NCBI GenBank assembly: GCA_025594325.1
Contig: JANHCV010000003.1
Span: 1,860,001-1,924,000 of the forward strand
Direction of reading: 5' to 3'
From: Blastocladiella emersonii ATCC 22665
Taxonomy: Eukaryota > Fungi > Blastocladiomycota
DNA: 64,000 bases
The notes under the pieces were generated by a model, which ran no database searches, had not been told where the DNA came from, and saw only the letters and a program-made list of their open reading frames with translations. Positions 55,989 to 64,000 of this stretch are shown here, piece after piece; the first letter of the stretch is position 1; each line of letters starts with the position of its first letter. A program made the translations under genes and the position numbers.

Positions 55989-57711
55989 CTAAGACTTTGC
56001 ATGCGGGAGTTTGGTATCGGCCGTAGACGCGTCATACGGCGCTGGCTGCGGCATCGAAATGATCGAGTAAGGTGGTGCCGCGCTGGTAGACGGCTGCGGC
56101 ACGCTCATGGTCGCGAAGGTGGACGCTGATCCAGGACTCGACGGTGGCTGCGGCATGGTCATGAACGCCGTGTACGATGGCGATGGCGCGGGGCTCGAGG
56201 ACGGCTGCGGCATGGCCATCGCCGCGTACGTCGGAAGTCGCTCGACCGCGTACCCGGCGCCGCGGACGCCCTGCTCCGGGACCGCGTTGAACTGGGCGCA
56301 CCGGAACGGGAGCTGGCCGCAGTTGAGGCGCACCGCACACGGACCGTCAGCACCGACCGCGATATGGACCGCGGTCTCGGGGCACGGCGCGCGTGGACCC
56401 TCGACCGTCGGCAACACGACGCCGTTTCGAGTGAAGAAGCAAGTCCCACCGTTGGTTCGCAGACCCACGCCGATCACGTCGTCGACGCGGTACGGCTTCC
56501 CGTACGCGTCGCCGTTTCCGTCATTGCAGAACACGCGGCCATCGTCCGAATGATACCCGACACTCCAATCGTGCCACCCGGGGAGACGGAAGAAGGGGTA
56601 CGGAACCGTCGCGAGCCCAATGGCCAGCGTGGTCTGCGGTGCCATGGCCACGACCGTGACCTCGAAATACAAAATCGGCGGCGGCGGCTGTGCGTGCGCG
56701 GGTGTGAGCCACGGAACGGGCAGGTTGCTGACGAGCGTGAGGTCGGAATCCGCCGACATGCGCGTAAGCGAGTTGGGGAAGAAGTACACAGCGCCGTCCT
56801 CAGGTGCGACACCGACAAACGGAGCCATGTCCTTGAAGGGCAGCGCGAGGGCCCACGCGGCCGGATTGACCATGGCGTCGAGGGCCTCGGGCGTCGGGTT
56901 GAAGAGTATAGCCGGCGTGGTGTTGATGAACTTACGCCCGCGCGCCGCGGCGTCGGACGACGCGCGATGGACCGGAGAGGCAAACGAGCCCTCGTACGTG
57001 ACCTGTTTCGGCGGCCCGTAGTTCTTGGCGCGCATGAGCGCGCTACTCGCCATGGTCGAGGGAGCATGAACCGCTCCATCCTCGGCATTGCTGGGCGTGA
57101 TAGTGTTTCCACCGTGCTCTCGAGACACCATCCACTGGCGGAGGCCCGAGAACAAGCCTTTGCAGCAGAATACGAGCGCGCATACACCAAAGATGGACCC
57201 AAACACAATCCCCGCGATGGTGCCCCCGTTGTTCGGGATGCGGTCGCACGTGGCCTGGTACGTGCCGTTCAAAAGCGTGCCGTTGTCGTAGTAAAACTGG
57301 CACCCACTCGACACGGTCCCATTCGATGAAGTGACGTTTGATGCGGGCATCTCGACCCAGTATCCGGCGTAACCGTTGTAGCTGACGTGCGGGTATAAGC
57401 CTATGAAAACGACCAGGTCAGGGGAAATACAAAGGACGGGGACTTGAGGCTCCCGTACCGCCGTAGAGTGCTGTCCCAGCTGGCGTGGGCGACGACGTGA
57501 TGTAGCCGCTCGAGTAGCCACTGCTACTACCGCTGCTGCTCGACGATGAATAAGAGAGCGAGCTTCCGGACGAGCTGGACCCCGAGCTGGACCCGATACG
57601 ACTGCCGCCACTACTGCCTGTTCCGCCGCCGCTCTTGGGCACAGGCTCGGCGTGAACGGCAGCAGCAAATGCTGCAAGTGCGAGGAATACATGTATGCTG
57701 TGATGATTCAT
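55989..57711 (-). CDS. Receptor-like SPRY-domain membrane protein (Ssh4/Ear1-like), copy 3
   Basis: Same architecture as copy 1 with a near-identical SPRY domain, LPTY and APPY motifs, and one intron after the Gly/Ser-rich exon. Confidence 0.9.
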
Positions 57712-59616
57712 GGATAGAGTTGTGGAGAGAAGTTCACGGAGGCAAGGCGAGCGCACCGTTTGGGCAAGCCGAGAAGGACCTTCGCACCGCGACTGACTGC
57801 ATCGTTCATGTGCCACGTGCCCGCATACAAACTCGTCTCCACTCCCATTGCTCCAATAGAGCTGCTTCATGGTCCCAAATAGCGTTATACTCGGCCCTCA
57901 ATTGCCGCTGAACTAGGCGTCATCGTTTGGTTTGATGTGTGAGCGTTGCAGTAGTCAAACGTCACTTGCGCGCGATTTAACGTGTACTCAAAGGGACGCC
58001 CATGAAAATAACACGTTAACTTTGTGGGAGCGAGCCGTGTCGCACTTGGGGCGGTCTCGAGGCGCGGGGATGCGAGACAGCGGAGACGTGTTGCGATATC
58101 ACGTTTCGCTCACGTGGCACGCGTCTCGCGTTGCTTCCCGTCGGTGGCAGCTTCGTTGTCCCGTTCCGATCGCCACCTTCCGCAGTGGGCTCTGTTGACG
58201 CGCAGCATTTCATGCTCTCATCAAAAGTGGTAGTGGGGTCGCTCGATTGCGGCTGCGGCTGACATTACCTGTCGCGGCCATCTGTAGGAGTCGCGGGCGA
58301 CGAGGCATCACCGCCGAGCGATGCACCGGGGCCAGTGGCGACGGCACGTCCGGAACCATGAGCAAAGCCAGCAGCTGAAGCTTTACGGCAGATGGTTCAG
58401 CAAAGGTTGCGTGTCTTGACGAGCGGGGGCGGCGACGCTCGCGCGGCCACCTTCGTCCGCCATCACCTTGGTGATCAAGCTCGCGACCGAGCCTGGGGTT
58501 CTATCACGCACGCTCATCTACTATGCTTTCGTCCCGCTCGAGGCGTTTACGGGCGGATCGTGTGCGACTCGTCGTTCGCTATTGCGCTCGAGAAGTCCTC
58601 GTCATATCATCACGGGTCGTTGGTCCCGCCTAAACTCTCGAACGGTGGTGACACGGGGGACTTCGCATGATCGTGTGGTCGCGACCACGGGTATCATCGA
58701 CAAGTCTGGCTTCAAGGGCCAGAACGACTCAACGGAGAGTGCTCGGTCATGACTGCGGCCATGAGCGATCGAGGAAGGAAATCTCTACCTACATGCACAC
58801 GGATCTCTCCGGGCACGAAGGGTGCCGGGGCAAGGAGACGAGGGCGACACAGATGAAGCGAGAAAGTGTCGGACGAGGGCCGTTCGAAGAAAGAGACAGC
58901 GAGACCATGACGTAAAATAGCAACAAGACCAAGCCGGAGCAAGGTACGAACGTAAAGTAGCAACGCAATAGAGATGTCTTTCGAGTGGTTGCCCCCAACA
59001 GTCAAAGGCTCATAGAGCCGGCCGCCGAGCAGAGCCCAGCAGCGCATACAGAGAGGTACGAAATACTCGATAGCCTCGCGCTCTCCCTCGTTCCCGTTAC
59101 CCCTCCCGGACTCGACCGCCCGATCAGGCATGCACACGACCCCGAAGGACACGCATACACATCCATCACGAACGGTGGGGCCGGTCGGCGAGGCGGAGGG
59201 CGTCCAAGGCAGCGCCAAACCCAAGGATCAGTGGAGCTCAGTCAGCCCGAAAGCCTTCCACACTCTACATCGTCACCTGCGAGGGCAGCCTGGTCTCGGA
59301 GCGGCGAAAAGGGACGATAGTTAGTATCGCACCGTACCGAGCGTGAACCGTACGCCAGAACGGGGCCCATGAGGGCGGTCCAAGCGCTTCACCTCGGTGA
59401 GTACTGATGGTTCGAACAACCTGGTGGCCGAGGGCCCAGAGATATTAAATACTGGCTCCGCGGCGGGCGGCGGCGGGGATGGGTGGGTGCGAGAGGCGCA
59501 GTTGCGTCTCGGGTCACCAGAGATCGCGTGACCCCGTTGCCACCTGCCGGAAAGACTTGGTCGTTTCGCGACGCGTCGCCGCTAGCGCTGCTGCCACCTC
59601 CAAGGAAACGCATCCA

Positions 59617-60555
59617 ATGAAAGCTTCGCCAATACGATCAACGCCGTTGCCTAGTGCAACGCCGTTGGTAACCGGCAGCACGGCGGTGGCCCCGACCCCC
59701 GTTGTCCAGGTCGAGGACGACTCGGACGAGGATGACGGCGACTTTGTCCCCGACGGCGCTGGTGCCGACGACAGCGGCGACGACGATGACGCTGCGAGCG
59801 TCGTGAGCGACGACGGCCCCACCCTCGGCCTCTCCGCCTCCGCGCCTGATCGCCGCGCAAAACGTCGGCGCGAGTCCGAGTCGCCCGAGCTCGATGCCGT
59901 GACCGCTGCCGCGCGGCGTGCCCGGCTCGCTGCGCTCATGGCCGACCTCAAGTCCTCAACGTCTGTCGCACCACCAGCACCGCCACCCGCTTCCTCGTCG
60001 CCACCTCGATCCTCGCCAACGCGTGCACCCGTGCCGCAGTTCACCCTCCCCGCGCTCCCCGTCGACGACACGGTGCCCGAACCGAACCCGAAACACCCGG
60101 GCCTCCCGCCAAAAGGCCCCGTCCCGCGGTCGCGCGGGCTGACGCTGCTCGCGCAGCAGGCCGGCGTGAACCTCGACGGGATGGGCCGGACCGCGGTTTT
60201 CCTCGCCGCGAACAACGCCACGTCGGGGACCACAAAACGCACCGGCGGTCCCTCGACGCGCGGTCGCGGTCGTGGTCGTGGTCGCGGTCGTGGTGGACGC
60301 GGCCGCGGTCGCGGCGGCACGGGTAGCGGCCCGTCGACAATGGACCAGTCGAAAGAAGCGTGGGACGCGCACCTGGACGCGGCAACGGCCGAGGACCCCG
60401 CGGTGCGCGCGGAGCTGGCGCGGGTGAACGCGGCCAAGGGGTATATCGCGCACCAGGAGTTCCTGGCGCGCACGGACGCGGCGGCCGCGGAGCAGATCCG
60501 CCTGTTGCGGCAGTCGGACCGCGAAGCGCGGATGGCGAAGAGGCGGAACGGGTAG
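59617..60555 (+). CDS. SWC5: BCNT-domain protein Swc5/CFDP1 (SWR1 complex), 312 aa
   Basis: Acidic DSDEDDGDFVP motif, RG repeat, and C-terminal STMDQSKEAWD...ELAR.N..KGYIAHQEFLARTD. Confidence 0.88.
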   Translation: MKASPIRSTPLPSATPLVTGSTAVAPTPVVQVEDDSDEDDGDFVPDGAGADDSGDDDDAASVVSDDGPTLGLSASAPDRRAKRRRESESPELDAVTAAARRARLAALMADLKSSTSVAPPAPPPASSSPPRSSPTRAPVPQFTLPALPVDDTVPEPNPKHPGLPPKGPVPRSRGLTLLAQQAGVNLDGMGRTAVFLAANNATSGTTKRTGGPSTRGRGRGRGRGRGGRGRGRGGTGSGPSTMDQSKEAWDAHLDAATAEDPAVRAELARVNAAKGYIAHQEFLARTDAAAAEQIRLLRQSDREARMAKRRNG

Positions 60556-60591
60556 AAGAGGCTACGTGTACTATATTTTCAAGTCATGCTT

Positions 60592-63461
60592 CTACTTGTT
60601 GGTGTTGCCGTTCAGCGAGAGCGACGAGACGGCGCCCGCGAGCTCGGTCTGCATCAGCGGGACGTGCACAACGGGGTACACGGCGTGCCGGGTCCAGACG
60701 AGCTTGGCGCCGTCGATCGGGAACGCGCTCGTTGCTGCTTCCGCGGGCTTCTCGTCCTCGACAGCAGTCTGCTTGGCCGCCGCCGCCGCCGGCTTGCCCT
60801 TGCCCGCAGCGCCCTTCTTCCCGCCCTTCTTCCCCGTCGCCGATGCGGGCGCGGGCTTCTTGACCACCGCAGGCGACGCCGGCTTGCTCGCGTTCTTCGC
60901 GTACTTGATCAGCCACGCGACGACGGCCTGGTTCTCCGCGACGACCGCTGCGAGTGCATCGACCTCAACACGCGCCTTCTCCGCCCCCAGCACGGCCTCG
61001 ACAACCTTCCCCTCGTCCGCGGCACGCACGACATTGATCGCGGCCTTGGCGCGCGCGAGCGCCTGCGCGGCCTGGTCGAGCGCGGCGCCGGGCTTGCCGC
61101 GCATCCCGGCAACGGTGCCGGCGACCTCGGCGTACGCGAGCGGCGCGGGCCCGTGCTGCAGGCTGCGCCACGCGCGGAACCGCTGTGCGTACTGCAGCTC
61201 GGCGCCGTACCCGGAGCCACCGGGGGATGGCGGCGCGAAGGGCGAGGGGGTGTCCGAGTCGCCGTTCGCGGGGGCGGGAGCGGGGGTGGGGGAAGTGGAG
61301 GGTTCGGGCATGGCGGGCCCGACGACGGACCAGATTAGCAGGACGGCGTGCGCGATATCGCGGCGCGCGCGGGCGTGGGCGAGGGCAGCGGGGATCGCGG
61401 CCGGGAGCGCGACGAGGTCGACGGACGCGGGGAGGAGGCCCGCAGCCGCAGTGGCGCGGCCGGCGGACGGCGACGGCGCGCGCTTCTTCTTGTTCCCACC
61501 GGGTCCAGCGGTGCGTGGCCGCGGGCGCGGGGTCATTGGCGCGGCGGCGGCCGCAGCAGCGTTCGCCGCGACATCGGCCATGCGCAGCTTAGCGTACTCG
61601 CGGCACTTGGCCTGGCGCTCGAGCTGGGCGGCGTAGTTGGCGAGGAGGTAGTCGAGGTAGACGAGCATGGGCGCCCACTCGCGCGGAGCAAACAACTCCA
61701 GCTCGACGGCGGACTCGAGCTGGTCGACGGCGAGGTACAGCTTGAGCGCGTACGTGAACGTGGCAAAGTAGAAGGTCCCCGCGCCGTCGGCCGTGAGGGC
61801 GCTGAGCTCCTGGTCGGCAGACTCGAGGCTCGGCTGGGTCTCGTCGAGCCGGCGCATGACCTTGGCGAGGAGGCGGCGCGACCGGCCGGGGTTGTACCCG
61901 AAGGCGCGGATCAGGTCGGCGACGGGCCCGTCGAGCGTCGGCAGCACGAGGTCAATCATCTCACCGATCTGGTGCAGTACCTGCGCCTCCATGGCGGCGA
62001 TCCGCGCGGGACTCGTCACGGCGGCCGCGTGCATGGGCCGGAGCCCCGGCGGCGGTTTCGCAACCGACTTGCGCACCATGTCGCGGGCGAGCGCGGGCGC
62101 GCCGGCGCGCAGGTCGAGGAACGGCGCGCCGGTGGTCTCCAGTACCCAGCGCGCGAGCCACGCGCGGAACGGCTCGCCGAGCACGGTGGCCGAGCCCGGG
62201 AACAGGCGGAAGTGGAACATGGCGCGCGACAGGCCGCACCACGGGCGCACGTGCGCGAACAGGGTGAACATGGGGTCGGTCGGGAGCGGGCTCGTCGGCG
62301 GGCCCGCCGCGTCCGGGTCCTCGGCGGACGAGGGCGGCGGGGTCGGAATGCGCGTAGTGGCGAGCAGGCGGTGCAGGAGCGAGGTCCACGTTTGGACAGA
62401 CTCGGCGAGCGTGATCCACTGCACGGTGCGCGGCGGCGAGTGGGTGAAGAGCTTGACGAGAGCGCGCGGGTTGAACCCGAGGTGCCAGCTGCGCTTGGCG
62501 TCGGCCTCCTGCGCGGCGGCCAGGGCGGCCTTGGCGTCCGCGTCGACGGGTGGCTGTGCCGGCGGGCGCGTCCATGCCGCGGCGGGGAGCAGATCGGCGA
62601 GCATCGATTCGTGGAGAACGAGTCCCTCGATGCACTCGAGTGCGATCTCGAGGTGCTCGGCGGCCACGTCAAACTTGCGGTCGACGAGGGCCTTGAAGGC
62701 GGTGAGCCAGGCGCGCTGCAGCTCGACGAGCGGGTGGATCACGTCCGCGACGAGCGCCTGGTCCTGCGCGGCCGCGTCGCCGTCTACCGCGCCCATGCCT
62801 CCGGCGTTGATGAGGTACTCGAGCATCTCGGCCGTGGTACGGAGCTCGCCGAGCACCGTGGCGTCGGGGGTATGGTCGAGCAGGTCGAGCGCGGCGCGGT
62901 CCGTGTAAAAGTCCTCCTCCTCGTAAATCCCGATATCGTAGACGGTGCGCACGACGTGGTGCGACGCGCGCAGTGCGCCGCGGACGAACGAGCGCAGGGC
63001 GAGCGAGTGCGCGGACCCGCCCGACGGCAGGCCGGCGGCGGCGTGGCGCGCGTAGACCGAGTTGAAGAGCGTGCCGCTCAGGGCGCCCGACCCGCCGAGA
63101 AACGTGGCCTGGGCGCGGAACAGCTCGAGCAGCGTGGCGGCGGTCTCGCGGACGGAAAGCGACGGCAGGCGCGCGACAAAGGCGGCGTCGTGCGGCGGCT
63201 CACGCGCGTCCGACGGCAGGGCCATGCCCGAGTCCATCTTCGGACTCATGATCTCGATGGCCAGCATGGCGTCGTACAGCAGCAGCGAGTCGGAGCGCAC
63301 CAGCTCGCCGACGTCGAGCTCTACACGAGGGCACGGCGTGAGCGAGGGGCGGTGGGGCCGAGGATCAGGCGTGAGCCGTGTGCCGTACCGCTGGTGGTGG
63401 CCACGAGCCAGTCGGTCGCGTCGACAAAGGCGCTGCCGGGTTTCGCGAGCTTGGGCGGCAT
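60592..63461 (-). CDS. MAK10: NatC N-acetyltransferase auxiliary subunit Mak10/Naa35; intron 63321-63388
   Basis: FVDATDWL...|ELDVGELV...LYDAMLAIEIMSPKMDSG, LFNSVY, IYEEEDF, FGYNPGRSRRLL, ELELFAPREW..MLVYLDYL and YPVV. Confidence 0.93.
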
Positions 63462-63805
63462 CTTGGTGTCGGTTCACGGGTGGCAGAGATGCATGTGCGC
63501 CGACGAGCGGGGCAGCGTTAGACTCTCGGGGGAGAGAGGAAGCGCGGCCCTGTTGACGGCGGGTCGTCGGCGCGCGGAGACGCGAACGGCCAAAACGCGT
63601 TTCACTGATTTGCAGTGCCCACGTGAGCGGTTTTATGAGCTGGTTTTCGGTCGGAGCAGCCTGTTCGTCGCGCTCGTCATCTCCCTCTGCGCTGATCGCG
63701 TCCTCTGCCAGACTGCACCGCTGCAGCCCACGTATCACTCGCTGCAACGCGGCCGCATCACATCGGCAGACACAAGTGAGACGCGTCCGCGCCTGTATCA
63801 CCACC

Positions 63806-64000
63806 ATGTATCGAGCCCCTGCCGCGGCCAACCCGTTCGCGGGCCCGGCCGCCACCACCACGGCCACTGCCGCCAGAGCGCCGGCGTGGTCCTACGGCAC
63901 CAGTGCTATGCCCACCGGCCCCGCGGCACCCATCACGTCCGCAGTCCCCGTGGCCAAGGCGGCGGCCAAGCCCGCGCGGTCCGGCTTTGCGCGCACGGCG
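63806..64000 (+). CDS. 5' part of an Ala/Pro/Thr-rich protein, truncated by the window edge
   Basis: CACCATG start and an open frame MYRAPAAANPFAG... to the end of the window, divergent from MAK10. Confidence 0.55.
   Translation, partial: MYRAPAAANPFAGPAATTTATAARAPAWSYGTSAMPTGPAAPITSAVPVAKAAAKPARSGFARTA

Noticed and set aside
58360-59330. Possible second IST1-like or membrane-protein relic (MVQQRLRVL..., TLIYYA..., hydrophobic minus-strand stretches)
   Set aside because: The fragments are short, in different frames, and their spacing does not fit. Similarity could be chance.
63462-63867. N-terminal extension of the 1091-aa MAK10 ORF in the ORF track
   Set aside because: Homology begins at MPPK (63461) through an intron. 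The extension covers the divergent promoter and overlaps the start of the next plus-strand gene.
1-64000. tRNA, rRNA, CRISPR arrays, telomeric repeats
   Set aside because: No cloverleaf boxes, rRNA signatures or regularly spaced repeat-spacer arrays were seen by eye. tRNAscan-SE/Infernal would be needed to exclude small ncRNAs.

Overview
Gene-dense, high-GC eukaryotic DNA with short spliceosomal introns (about 52-69 nt; donors GTACGY/GTGCGT/GTATGC, CTRAC/CTCAC branch sites). The gene set and style point to an early-diverging fungus, most likely Blastocladiomycota or a chytrid (inference). About 30 genes or gene relics are present. Housekeeping genes: CAD-type ADH, SPE2/AdoMetDC, GT32 mannosyltransferase, a 2-RRM protein, a class V PLP enzyme, chitin deacetylase, RidA/AmnD, CUL3, RRB1, IWR1, IRC6, BOS1, DeSI-PUL, SWC5 and MAK10. 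There are several tandem or near-tandem duplications. The most unusual feature is a duplicated gene (22322-24373 and 29541-31775) encoding two Myb/SANT-trihelix-like domains, an internal histone H3 tail mimic (ARKSTGGKAPRK, identical to H3 residues 7-18, in the intact copy) and a C-terminal chromovirus-type chromodomain. The two copies flank a 1231-aa class C (GABA-B-like) GPCR that has two bacterial-type sugar-binding domains outside the cell and a PH-like domain inside. Also notable are a uORF- and intron-containing AdoMetDC leader, a possible CACTA-like transposon relic at 356-3254, and a triplicated receptor-like SPRY (Ssh4/Ear1-type) family. No rRNA, tRNA or CRISPR features were seen. Exon structures and domain calls were made by eye and need HMM and RNA-seq confirmation.
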